Assembly: GCA_964520885.1 (NCBI GenBank)
Contig: CAZFQD010000007.1
Span: 6,194 to 30,193 of the forward strand
Direction: 5' to 3'
From: an uncultured Oscillospiraceae bacterium
GTDB lineage: Bacteria; Bacillota; Clostridia; Oscillospirales; SIG519
DNA: 24,000 bases
In this document: positions 1 to 8,927 of the stretch, in pieces
Position numbering within the stretch: position 1 is the first letter of the stretch
Layout of the letters: the number at the start of each line of letters is the position of its first letter
Position numbers and translations under genes: made by a program
Notes under the pieces: model-generated
Database searches by the model: none
The model's input: only the letters and a program-made list of their open reading frames with translations
What the model was told of the DNA's origin: nothing

Positions 1-530
1 CATAAATCAAGCAAAGTTTCACCGTTTTTCATTCCAACACTAATAGCACATACAAATTCCTTAATAGGCATTTTATTAATTTCTTTTTTTTCTAATAAAC
101 CTTTACATGCTAAATATAAAGCAATAAATCCTCCTGTTATTGCGGCAGTTCTTGTTCCACCGTCTGCTTCAATAACATCACAATCAATTACAATGCTTCT
201 TTCACCCAATAAATATAAATCACATACCCCTCGTAAGGCTCTGCCAATTAACCTTTGAATTTCTGCACTTCTTGGAGATAGCCTTAGTTTTGCTATATCT
301 CTTGTGTTTCTTTCATTTGTTGCTCTTGGGAGCATAGAGTATTCAGCAGTAACCCAACCTTTACCCTTGCCAATTAAAAAAGGCGGAACACTTTTTTCAA
401 CTGTTGCATTGCATAAAACTTTTGTGTTTCCCATCTCAATTAAAACACTGCCCTCTGCGTGTTTTGTGTAGCCTTTTGTTATTTTTGTTTTTCTAAGTTG
501 ATTTTGCTTTCTTCCGTCAATTCGTTCCAA
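1..530 (-). CDS. rph: Ribonuclease PH (N-terminal ~176 codons; the 3' end runs off the left edge)
   Basis: Absent from the ORF track because there is no stop codon in the window. My reverse-strand translation from TTG at 530-528 reads (M)[77 protein letters not shown]...[18 protein letters not shown]...[24 protein letters not shown]. RNase PH hallmarks are present: [16 protein letters not shown], [11 protein letters not shown] and [18 protein letters not shown]. GGAG lies about 9 nt upstream of the TTG. Confidence 0.85.
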   Translation of the reverse strand, partial: MERIDGRKQNQLRKTKITKGYTKHAEGSVLIEMGNTKVLCNATVEKSVPPFLIGKGKGWVTAEYSMLPRATNERNTRDIAKLRLSPRSAEIQRLIGRALRGVCDLYLLGERSIVIDCDVIEADGGTRTAAITGGFIALYLACKGLLEKKEINKMPIKEFVCAISVGMKNGETLLDL

Positions 531-546
531 ATTTTTTTCTCCATTC

Positions 547-1461
547 TCAATTTTCAATTAATGCTCTTGCATAATCTTTTGAATTAAATGGTTGCAAATC
601 ATCCATCTTTTCGCCTACGCCAATATATTTTACCGGAACTCCTAATTCATTCTTAATTGAAATTACCATCCCGCCCCTTGCTGTGCCATCTAATTTTGTT
701 AAAACTATTCCTGTAATCTTTGCACAGGTCTTAAATTCTCTTGCTTGATTTAAAGCATTTTGTCCTGTTGTAGCATCTAAAACAAGCAAAACTTCTTTAT
801 CACTATTTGGCAATTCTCTATCAATTATCCTATTAATTTTTGAAAGTTCATCCATTAAATGCTTTTTATTGTGCAACCTTCCGGCAGTATCACATATTAT
901 AACATCAACAAATCGGGCTTTGCCAGCACTAATAGTGTCAAATATAACTGCCGCAGGGTCACTTCCTTCTTTATGCTTTATAATGTCAACTCCAACCCTA
1001 TAAGCCCAAATTTCAAGTTGTTCTATTGCTGCGGCTCTAAATGTATCTGCTGCACCTAATATAACCTTTTTGCCTTGTTTTTTATAAATGTTTGCTAATT
1101 TTGCAATTGTAGTAGTCTTACCTACTCCATTTACTCCAATAACAAGAATAATTGCAGGTTTAAAATTAATTTTTATACCAATATTTTCATCATACATCAA
1201 ATCATCAATAATCCGTGTTAATTCCTCTTTTAACTTTTCTATATCATCAATTTTTTTGCCTTTTGCTGTATCTCTCAAATTATCAATGATATCGGCTGAG
1301 GTTTGTGGCCCAACATCTCCCATAATTAAAATTTCCTCAAGTTGCTCTAAAAATTCTTCATCAACCTTGCGAAAATTTTTAAATAAATCATTAAGTGAGG
1401 AAGACATTCCTGCTCCTCTTGTCTTAGTAAGTCCTTCTTTTATTTTATCAAAAAAACTCAT
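547..1461 (-). CDS. ftsY: Signal recognition particle receptor FtsY
   Basis: 304-aa ORF with the SRP GTPase NG domain motifs [15 protein letters not shown] (G1), DTAGR (G3) and TKLDG (G4). It sits directly downstream of smc, the conserved Firmicute arrangement. Confidence 0.95.
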   Translation of the reverse strand: MSFFDKIKEGLTKTRGAGMSSSLNDLFKNFRKVDEEFLEQLEEILIMGDVGPQTSADIIDNLRDTAKGKKIDDIEKLKEELTRIIDDLMYDENIGIKINFKPAIILVIGVNGVGKTTTIAKLANIYKKQGKKVILGAADTFRAAAIEQLEIWAYRVGVDIIKHKEGSDPAAVIFDTISAGKARFVDVIICDTAGRLHNKKHLMDELSKINRIIDRELPNSDKEVLLVLDATTGQNALNQAREFKTCAKITGIVLTKLDGTARGGMVISIKNELGVPVKYIGVGEKMDDLQPFNSKDYARALIEN

Positions 1462-1476
1462 AAATAATTCCTCTAA

Positions 1477-4400
1477 TCAAATTTTCATATGTTTTTCAAT
1501 TTCATTTACATTAATTGCAAGCATTTTTGAAACACCTTTTTCCTGCATTGTAACTCCATAAAGCATATCAGCTTCTTCCATAGTTCCTCGCCTATGAGTA
1601 ATGGCAATAAATTGTGTGCTATTTGTTAGTTTTCTTAAATACTCTGCAAATCTCACAACATTAACCTCATCAAGAGTGGCTTCAATTTCATCTAAAACGC
1701 AAAATGGAGTTGGTCTAACTTTTAATATAGCAAAATAAAGAGCAATTGCAACAAAAGCTTGTTCTCCACCTGATAAAGCTGATAAATGCTTAATTATTTT
1801 ACCGGGAGGGGCAACAATAATTTCAATTCCAGAACTTAAAACATCTGAAGGGTCATTTAGCACTAATTGTGCTGTTCCACCGTTAAAAAGTTCTTTGAAG
1901 GTTGTGCTAAAATGAGAGTTTATAACTTTAAATTGATTGCTAAAAATTCCTCTCATTTGTTCAGTTAAATCAAATATTATTTTTTCTAAATCGCTTTTTG
2001 CATTAATTAAATCTGTTACTTGAACTGTTAAAAACTCATAACGGTCCTTAACCAATTTATATTCCTCAATAGCAGATACATTAACATCTCCCAAAGCCTT
2101 AATAGATGATTTAATTTCATTTATTCGTTTATTTGCATTAGTTTTACTTTCAATTTGGTTTCTTAGCTTTTCAGCCTCGCTTAATGTAAGTTCATATTCA
2201 TCCCAAAGCCTTGAAATAAAACCATCATATTCTATTTGAATATTCGCTTTTTTACCCTCTAAGCGTTCACTAACAGCAACTAATTTGTTTTTTAATTCAG
2301 AAGCCGACTTTTCACTTTGGCGAAGTTGCGTGATTTGCTTTTCGGCTTCAATTCTTAGCAAAGATATTTGAGCAATATTTTCTTGTTTTTCTACTAAACT
2401 ATTTCTTAATAATTCAACTTCACTTAATAATAAATTAATTTGCTCATTAATTTGAACTTTATTAACTAATATTTCATTTATTTCTTGTTCTTTTCTTTCA
2501 AAAGATAAATTTTGTTCATTTTTTTGAGTATTTAGCTCGTCTATAACCGATAAAGCCGCTTCAATATCTTTTTTAACTGCAATAATCTCCATTTTCTTTT
2601 CAGAAATAGCTAAACTTAGTTTTTCTCTATCCTCAGTAACGGTTGCTTGACTTGTTGATAACTCAAAAAGATTATCCTCAGCATCCTTTTCCTCTTGTTC
2701 AAAAACTAAAATTTCTTCTCTTGATTTTTTTAACTCTTGATTCCAATCTTTTACTTGAGTTAATTGCATTGCCTTTTCTTTATCAATATCATCAATTGAT
2801 GCCTTTAAATTAGTTATTAAAAGTTCATAATGCGTTAGGCTTGTTCTATCTTTAATTAGTTCTTGCTCAATAACTCTCAGTTCCGCATTAGCACCATCAA
2901 TATAGGCTAATAAACTTGCTAAATCAATTTCATTTGCTTTTAGTTCGTTTTCTATTATTTCAAGTTGATTTTTGATTTTAACTAATTCAATATTTAATCG
3001 CGAAATTTCATTTGCTCTTGTTAAAACCCCAACATTTTTTACATTTGAACCACCTGTCATTGCACCACCGGCATTAATTATTTGTCCATCAAGTGTAACA
3101 ATTCTATAACGATAATTTATTTTTTTAGCAAGTGCTATTGCATTATCAATCATTTCAACAACAATTGTTCTTCCTAATAGTGATTTAATAACTTCATTAA
3201 ACTTTGCATCATATTCAATTAAATCACAAGCTAATCCTATAAAGCCACTATTATTTGATATATCACTATCGTTAATGCCAACACCTTTTATACTTGATAA
3301 TGGTAAAAAAGTTGCTCTACCTGCATTTGAAGCCTTTAAAAAGTTAATGGCAGTCTTAGCATTTTCTTCATTTGTCGTTACAATGTTTTGAATAGCATTT
3401 CCCAAAGCAGTTTCTATTGCCAATGAATATTCATCTTTAACCTTTATAATTGAAGAAACAGGTCCTAAAATGCCCTTTAAGCCACCTCGCATTGATTCAT
3501 CCATAACAGCCTTTATACTGCCAAAAAAACCTTCATAATGCTTTTCCATATCAGAAAGCAAATTTATTCTATTGCTTTTCTCATTGTATTTTGAGTTAAG
3601 TTCATCTTTTTTTTGTTTTATTTTATTTGTTTTGCTTTCTTTTGTCGCAAGTTTTAAATTGTAGCCTGAAATAATATTATTAATTGAGGCTTGTTTTTCA
3701 TCTTGTTCTTTTATTCTGTTTTCACACTGTTCTTTTTCTAATATTGATTTATTATAGTTTTCTTGCCTTTGTGCTAAAGATTCATCTATTTCTTTTACTC
3801 TTAAAGATGAGCCTTCAATATTTGAAATAAGATAACTTTCTCTAATTTTTAAGTCGGTAATTAAACTCGTCTTTGAAGAAATATCGTTTCTTAGTTGTTC
3901 AATTTGAGAATTTACATCCAAAGCTGATTTATTAACAATCTCATTATGCATTAATATTTCATTTAACTGAGTTTCTAAATCATCAACAGATTTTGATAAT
4001 AAAACTATAGCCGTATTTTTTGTAGATATCTGCAAATCAATATCATTAGCTCTATTACTATCATTACTTAACTCATCTTTTAATCTCAAAACTTTATCTT
4101 CATTATGTACCAAATCATTTTTTAAAACAGCAGTTAAAGCCTCTTTTGATGAGGCTTGCTCTTCTATAGTTTTCATTTCATTTCTAATATTATCTATTTC
4201 TGAAGAATGATTTTTAGTTGCCTCAAAACTTTTATCAATATCATTTTCTGTTTTTGCTAAAGCTCTATCTGCCTCTTCTAAATTTAACTTTGCATACTCG
4301 CAATCTTGCTCTAATTTTATTATTCCATCTTTAATTTTATCAATACCGTCAAGCCAAACATTAATTTCCAAATTCTTTTTTTCTTCTCTTAAATCTAAAA

Positions 4401-5043
4401 AATTTCTTGCCTTATCAGACTGTTCCTTTAAAGGTCCAATTCTCTCTTCTAATTCAGCCACAATATCTCTTAATCTACATAAATTATCCCCAGTTGTTAA
4501 TAGTCTTCTCTCCGCTTCAACCTTACGATATCTATATTTTGAAATGCCAACTGCTTCCTCAAATATTTGTCTTCTTTCCTCACTTTTGACCGACAAAATT
4601 TCAGCTATTCTACCTTGACCAATAATTGAATAACCATCTCTACCCAATCCAGTATCCATAAACATTTCATTTATATCTTTTAATCTAACTGGAGAATTGT
4701 TTATGAAATATTCGCTTTCACCCGAACGGTAATATTTTCTAGTAACTGTAACATCACTATACTCAGATTTTAACCCTCCGTCTGAATTATCAATAGTTAA
4801 TGAAACCTCAGCAAAACCTAAAGGTTTTCTATCTGAAGTTCCATCAAAAACAACATCTTCCATTTTAAATCCGCGAAGTGTTTTTGTTGATTGTTCACCC
4901 ATAACCCAACGAACAGCATCGGCAATGTTGCTTTTACCGCTACCATTAGGTCCAACAATGGCAGTAATACCATCATTAAAATTAATATTTATTTTATCGG
5001 GAAATGATTTAAACCCTTGAATTTCGAGTTCTTTTAAAAGCAA
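1477..5043 (-). CDS. smc: Chromosome partition protein Smc (condensin)
   Basis: 1188-aa ORF. N-terminal Walker A GPNGSGKSNI, long coiled-coil arms rich in E/K/L/N, a central hinge, and a C-terminal ABC signature LSGGE plus Walker B VLDEIEATLD. Adjacent to ftsY. Confidence 0.95.
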   Translation of the reverse strand: MLLKELEIQGFKSFPDKININFNDGITAIVGPNGSGKSNIADAVRWVMGEQSTKTLRGFKMEDVVFDGTSDRKPLGFAEVSLTIDNSDGGLKSEYSDVTVTRKYYRSGESEYFINNSPVRLKDINEMFMDTGLGRDGYSIIGQGRIAEILSVKSEERRQIFEEAVGISKYRYRKVEAERRLLTTGDNLCRLRDIVAELEERIGPLKEQSDKARNFLDLREEKKNLEINVWLDGIDKIKDGIIKLEQDCEYAKLNLEEADRALAKTENDIDKSFEATKNHSSEIDNIRNEMKTIEEQASSKEALTAVLKNDLVHNEDKVLRLKDELSNDSNRANDIDLQISTKNTAIVLLSKSVDDLETQLNEILMHNEIVNKSALDVNSQIEQLRNDISSKTSLITDLKIRESYLISNIEGSSLRVKEIDESLAQRQENYNKSILEKEQCENRIKEQDEKQASINNIISGYNLKLATKESKTNKIKQKKDELNSKYNEKSNRINLLSDMEKHYEGFFGSIKAVMDESMRGGLKGILGPVSSIIKVKDEYSLAIETALGNAIQNIVTTNEENAKTAINFLKASNAGRATFLPLSSIKGVGINDSDISNNSGFIGLACDLIEYDAKFNEVIKSLLGRTIVVEMIDNAIALAKKINYRYRIVTLDGQIINAGGAMTGGSNVKNVGVLTRANEISRLNIELVKIKNQLEIIENELKANEIDLASLLAYIDGANAELRVIEQELIKDRTSLTHYELLITNLKASIDDIDKEKAMQLTQVKDWNQELKKSREEILVFEQEEKDAEDNLFELSTSQATVTEDREKLSLAISEKKMEIIAVKKDIEAALSVIDELNTQKNEQNLSFERKEQEINEILVNKVQINEQINLLLSEVELLRNSLVEKQENIAQISLLRIEAEKQITQLRQSEKSASELKNKLVAVSERLEGKKANIQIEYDGFISRLWDEYELTLSEAEKLRNQIESKTNANKRINEIKSSIKALGDVNVSAIEEYKLVKDRYEFLTVQVTDLINAKSDLEKIIFDLTEQMRGIFSNQFKVINSHFSTTFKELFNGGTAQLVLNDPSDVLSSGIEIIVAPPGKIIKHLSALSGGEQAFVAIALYFAILKVRPTPFCVLDEIEATLDEVNVVRFAEYLRKLTNSTQFIAITHRRGTMEEADMLYGVTMQEKGVSKMLAINVNEIEKHMKI

Positions 5044-5084
5044 GTCTTACACTCCATTCGTTCGCATTTTATGAAAATGTTTAA

Positions 5085-5642
5085 TTATTCAATTATTTCA
5101 TTTAACTTATTATCTTCAATAGTATAATATAAAGGTATAATATTAATATTCGGATACATAATTGATAATCTTCTAGATTCACTTAAAACAAACTGTGCTT
5201 CATTTTCTATTTCAAAAATGGGAGCATACTTTAAAAAATGTTCTAAAGCATTATTCTTATCCCACCCAGCATTTTCAACTAAGCCATTAACAAATTGTTC
5301 TTTTTTTGATATCAAATTAACCATACCACATTCATTATGAGCAATTAAAGCTATATATTTAATATTTCCAACAGCAATACAATATGAAAGTTTAAATTCA
5401 CTATTTCTTATATTTGCTCCACCTGTTCTTAAAATATAAGCAAAATTTTCAGGTAATCTTAACTGTTTTCTATTATCCATACACATTCCCACTAAAATTT
5501 GAGCATTATCATATTTAATAAACTCTTTTTTGAAGTTTTGATATTTTATTAAAGTTTCTATTGGAGTATTAATAAACTTAATGTTAATATCTTCTTCACA
5601 AAGTATTTTTTTTATTTTCATATTTATAATCTTCTCTTTCAT
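5085..5642 (-). CDS. Beta-class carbonic anhydrase-like protein (putative)
   Basis: 185-aa ORF. It has a CxDxR motif (CMDNR) and, about 50 residues later, an HxxC motif (AHNECG). These are the zinc ligands and Asp-Arg dyad of beta-carbonic anhydrases. The start could instead be the second Met (M8), because neither ATG has a strong Shine-Dalgarno sequence. Confidence 0.5.
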   Translation of the reverse strand: MKEKIINMKIKKILCEEDINIKFINTPIETLIKYQNFKKEFIKYDNAQILVGMCMDNRKQLRLPENFAYILRTGGANIRNSEFKLSYCIAVGNIKYIALIAHNECGMVNLISKKEQFVNGLVENAGWDKNNALEHFLKYAPIFEIENEAQFVLSESRRLSIMYPNINIIPLYYTIEDNKLNEIIE

Positions 5643-5768
5643 TATTGTTAAAATATTTTTATAATTCTCTATTCAATTAATTCAAACTAAATATTCCCCT
5701 TAATATTTAATTATAATATTAAATACAAATAATGTCTATACATATTTACACTATTTTTTGTTTTTTCA

Positions 5769-5805
5769 TAAAAAAGCAGGTAAATATTTAAATAATACTT
5801 ACCTG
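5769..5805 (-). terminator. Rho-independent terminator downstream of the GGDEF/HD-GYP gene
   Basis: The minus-strand RNA reads CAGGUAAGUAUU-AUUUA-AAUAUUUACCUG, a 12-bp stem with one G-U pair spanning 5777-5805. CUUUUUAU follows it. The structure begins 14 nt after the stop codon at 5819. Confidence 0.7.
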
Positions 5806-5818
5806 TTTAAAGATATAT

Positions 5819-7492
5819 TTATTTGCTATTGTTAAGTGCTTCTATAAATTGCTTAGCTAAGATTGGGTCAAAATGCTTACCACTACATTCTCGGATTTCT
5901 ACAAAGGCTTCCTTGTGAGTTAATTTTTCTTTATAAGGTCTATTATTTGTCATAGCATCGAAACTATCAACTAAGGTTAAAATTCTTGCCAAATAGTTTA
6001 TTTCTTCACCTTTAACCCCGTTCGGGTAACCACTTCCATCATATTTTTCATGGTGTTGTAATACAATATCAACTACATCTTCTAAACCCTCAATAGAACG
6101 AATAATATTTGCACTATCAATTGGATGCTTTTTAAGTTCTTCCCACTCTTCAGAACTTAACTTTTTATCTGAGATTAATATTTCCTTGGAAATATTAATC
6201 TTACCAATATCATGTAAATATGCCCCATACAATAAGTTCTTTTTTTGTTCATCACCCAGTCTAAGATACTTAGCAAATATCTCACAAAAATAAACAACCC
6301 TTTCGGTATGATTATATGTATATCTATCTCGCGAGTTGATTAAAGTAATTAAAGTTTTCATTGATTTAACGCTTTGGTCAGCAGTATCCTTAGAATTCTC
6401 AAGATGAATAAATTTATCAAATAATGAAACATAGGTTTCAACTCTGTTTTTTCTAAAATATTTTGCTCTATAAAGAGCCGCATCTGCTCTATTGATTACA
6501 TTAATATTGCTGTCTTTTTCATCATAAAGCATTGAAATTCCAATGGAAACAGTTACTTTTCTATTTGGCATATGCTCTCTACCATAAAATTCATAATTGG
6601 CAATAAGTTTTCTTAAATTATCGGATAATATTACAGCTTCATTTTGCGACATATTTGGAAGTATGACTGAAAATTCTTCTCCACCATATCTACACACAAT
6701 TTGCTCTTTACTTACATTATCTCTAATAATATTTGCAATTATTTTTAAAACTTCGTCACCCTGCTGATGACCATATAAATCATTATAATTTTTAAAATAA
6801 TCAATATCAACCATAAGCAATGAAATTGGGCATTTTTTTTCAATGCTTTCCTCGCATTTTAGTTTAAACACCTCTTGAAAATATCGGTGATTAAATACTT
6901 CAGTTAATCCATCAAGATTTGCATACTCTTTAAGGTCAGCAATATGCTGTTTTTCAATTTTTACATAATATCCCATTATCCAAGCTACAACTATAAACAT
7001 AGCCGAAAGAGCTAAATCTGTTTGAAAATATTGATTAACATCAACTCCTTTATAAAAGAATAAATCTATTCCTATTATCGTAAAAGACGATGCAACTGCA
7101 ATAGACACACCAACCTTTATACCAAATTCAATAGAATAAGAAACTATCATAAAAATAAATAAAAATTTATAATAACTTTGATAACTTCCACTTAAAAATA
7201 TAGAAAAAACACAAACAGAATAAAAAACCAATATTTCTATAAATAATATTAGTTTTAATTTTTTTCTATTATAATCCATTATTAACCACAAAAATGTTAA
7301 GGCAACCAAAATAATAAGCATTGTAATAAATGCTCTACTGTTAACTCCGTAAAATGTTGTAGTTGTTTGACCACTAAAGATTTTCTTAAATAAAGGGGTT
7401 GCACAAAAAAACAGAGCAAGGATTTTCAAGGAGAAAAACATTGTTCGATATTGATTTTGTTTTACTTCATCAAATTCCTTCAAGCACTTCAC
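5819..7492 (-). CDS. Membrane-anchored bifunctional c-di-GMP protein: about 6 TM N-terminal domain, GGDEF diguanylate cyclase domain and HD-GYP phosphodiesterase domain
   Basis: 557-aa ORF. The first ~180 aa are strongly hydrophobic with about 6 predicted helices. An intact GGEEF motif (RYGGEEFSVILP) has upstream DIDYFKNYNDLYGHQQGD. The C-terminal HD-GYP signature is HDIGK ... HHEKYDGSGYP. The track start is GTG at 7492 with only a weak GGGA upstream, so the start is uncertain. Confidence 0.9.
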   Translation of the reverse strand: MKCLKEFDEVKQNQYRTMFFSLKILALFFCATPLFKKIFSGQTTTTFYGVNSRAFITMLIILVALTFLWLIMDYNRKKLKLILFIEILVFYSVCVFSIFLSGSYQSYYKFLFIFMIVSYSIEFGIKVGVSIAVASSFTIIGIDLFFYKGVDVNQYFQTDLALSAMFIVVAWIMGYYVKIEKQHIADLKEYANLDGLTEVFNHRYFQEVFKLKCEESIEKKCPISLLMVDIDYFKNYNDLYGHQQGDEVLKIIANIIRDNVSKEQIVCRYGGEEFSVILPNMSQNEAVILSDNLRKLIANYEFYGREHMPNRKVTVSIGISMLYDEKDSNINVINRADAALYRAKYFRKNRVETYVSLFDKFIHLENSKDTADQSVKSMKTLITLINSRDRYTYNHTERVVYFCEIFAKYLRLGDEQKKNLLYGAYLHDIGKINISKEILISDKKLSSEEWEELKKHPIDSANIIRSIEGLEDVVDIVLQHHEKYDGSGYPNGVKGEEINYLARILTLVDSFDAMTNNRPYKEKLTHKEAFVEIRECSGKHFDPILAKQFIEALNNSK

Positions 7493-7567
7493 TATCCCAA
7501 AAAAATTTTTTTTTGTCTTTTTAATTTTTGTCTTGAAATCTATATAAATTATTTTTATTTTTGAATT

Positions 7568-7599
7568 TAGAGAACCTATAAATTAATATAGGTTCTCTA
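7568..7599 (-). terminator. Perfect 13-bp inverted repeat (TAGAGAACCTATA-N6-TATAGGTTCTCTA) 9 nt after the agrD stop; putative transcript-end or stabiliser hairpin, or an operator
   Basis: Read directly: 7568-7580 is the exact reverse complement of 7587-7599, with a 6-nt loop AATTAA. No U-tract follows on the minus-strand RNA (an A-rich tract follows instead), so it is not a canonical intrinsic terminator. Confidence 0.45.
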
Positions 7600-7607
7600 T
7601 AGCTACA

Positions 7608-7736
7608 TTACATATCGCTTAAGCACTTTGGCTCCTCAGGTTGATAAACAAACCAAAGGCAAGCTGAGGTTGCAACCACTGTTGCAAAAAATGTAGCAAT
7701 TACAGAAATAACAGCAAATAAAACATTTTTATTCAT
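7608..7736 (-). CDS. agrD: AgrD-type cyclic lactone/thiolactone autoinducer peptide precursor (42 aa)
   Basis: Inner ATG of the 76-aa track ORF, preceded by a strong AGGAGG 5 nt upstream (plus strand CCTCCT, 7742-7747). The product is MNKNVLFAVISVIATFFATVVATSACLWFVYQPEEPKCLSDM. It has an amphipathic N-terminal leader, a central Cys, and the conserved acidic C-terminal tail QPEEPK typical of clostridial AgrD. It lies 70 nt downstream of agrB. Confidence 0.85.
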   Translation of the reverse strand: MNKNVLFAVISVIATFFATVVATSACLWFVYQPEEPKCLSDM

Positions 7737-7806
7737 TAAAATATCCTCCTTCCCAAAATACTGTATTAAAACCAATTCTAACGAATTAGTGTTAAGCAAA
7801 TTAAAT

Positions 7807-8436
7807 TTACCTGAACTTTGAATCAATGGTTCCAACAATTATATGCCCTGTTTTTGTTAAAGTAAAAGCTTGCCAAAGTGTTGCAAAGCATAGGCAAATA
7901 GAAATATCAATAATAACATTTGATTTTGAAAAACAAACTAATATTTCTGCTATAATAAAGTAAATAAATAAGGTTAAAAATGTATTTCTTCTAAGTTTAA
8001 AAATCTTTTCTTTTTTTGTTATAGGCTTATTAGGTGAATCTACTGGGACTAATTGGTAAGCAACTATAAAACAAAAAGCAAATATAAGAAATATTAATGG
8101 AAACAGTATGTATATATTTACTTTAAATGAAATAGGAATTAAATATGTAGCAATAAATGCCATAAATGAAATAGAAATAATACTTATTATCAAACAGCCC
8201 AACATTGTTTGGCTATGTGCTCCTCCGGTGGATTTCCTAAGTAATCCAACTGCTAAAAATATAACCATACTTTCAACCCAAAAGCCTGCAAAAAAACCAA
8301 TAATTGATGAAACAATAAAAATACTTACTATTTGAAAAATTGCTATTAACCCATATTCTATAACAGCTTTTTTATCTTGGTCATAATTTAACTTAGTTGC
8401 AATAATTACAGCAATACTATGAGCTAATTTCTCCAT
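7807..8436 (-). CDS. agrB: AgrB family accessory gene regulator protein (AgrD-processing membrane endopeptidase)
   Basis: 209-aa multipass membrane ORF. It contains LLRKSTGGAHSQTMLGC, so the His and Cys are 7 residues apart, as for the catalytic H77/C84 pair of S. aureus AgrB. AAGGAG lies 8 nt upstream of the ATG. The start overlaps the upstream ORF by 20 nt. Confidence 0.85.
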   Translation of the reverse strand: MEKLAHSIAVIIATKLNYDQDKKAVIEYGLIAIFQIVSIFIVSSIIGFFAGFWVESMVIFLAVGLLRKSTGGAHSQTMLGCLIISIISISFMAFIATYLIPISFKVNIYILFPLIFLIFAFCFIVAYQLVPVDSPNKPITKKEKIFKLRRNTFLTLFIYFIIAEILVCFSKSNVIIDISICLCFATLWQAFTLTKTGHIIVGTIDSKFR

Positions 8437-8911
8437 TATTGTTCTCCTTGTTATCTGGCTTAGTATTTAATTTATAAATAAAAAGTACTGCAAACAAAAA
8501 TAAAATATTTGCTGGTATTCCTGCTATTGACCAATTAAGTTCATTTTTTGAAAACTCCGTAATATTTTCAAATCCAATTACTAAGCCTAAGAATACTCCA
8601 TTTAATATCTCTGTTAATAATATAATAACGCCAACAATTAGAACTGATAAAACTGTTTTGTAAATTGGTGTTTTAAGTAATGTAATTCCTAAAATAATTA
8701 ATACTATTAAAATAAACAAGGTATGAACTCCAAATTCAATTGGCAATAATCTTATAATAATTGCAGATGCAAAAAATATAATAGTTACCAATGAAAACAA
8801 CTTTATCTCAATTTTTTTCTTGCAAATAGCACAAACTGCCAAAACACATATGATACTTTGCAAAAGATATACCATAATATACTTTGCTAAAATAATTTGT
8901 AAAATTTCCAT
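8417..8911 (-). CDS. Hypothetical multipass membrane protein (about 5 TM), apparently translationally coupled to agrB
   Basis: 164-aa ORF that is almost entirely hydrophobic helices, with a short polar C-terminal tail (KPDNKENNNGEISS). I recognise no catalytic motif. Its 3' end overlaps the agrB start. Confidence 0.6.
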   Translation of the reverse strand: MEILQIILAKYIMVYLLQSIICVLAVCAICKKKIEIKLFSLVTIIFFASAIIIRLLPIEFGVHTLFILIVLIILGITLLKTPIYKTVLSVLIVGVIILLTEILNGVFLGLVIGFENITEFSKNELNWSIAGIPANILFLFAVLFIYKLNTKPDNKENNNGEISS

Positions 8912-8927
8912 TTAACTTCCTCCATCA

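Noticed and set aside
1477-5043. Large SMC-family ATPase that could have been part of an SMC-based defence system (Wadjet/Lamassu-like).
   Set aside because: It has full-length canonical Smc architecture (1188 aa, hinge, Walker A/B, LSGGE) and sits in the conserved smc-ftsY housekeeping arrangement. There are no nuclease or kleisin-like partner genes. It is the chromosomal condensin.
7737-7838. N-terminal 34 codons of the 76-aa track ORF containing agrD (MLEPLIQSSGKF...).
   Set aside because: This extension overlaps the agrB 3' end and has no ribosome-binding site. The inner ATG at 7736 has a strong AGGAGG and gives a typical 42-aa AgrD.
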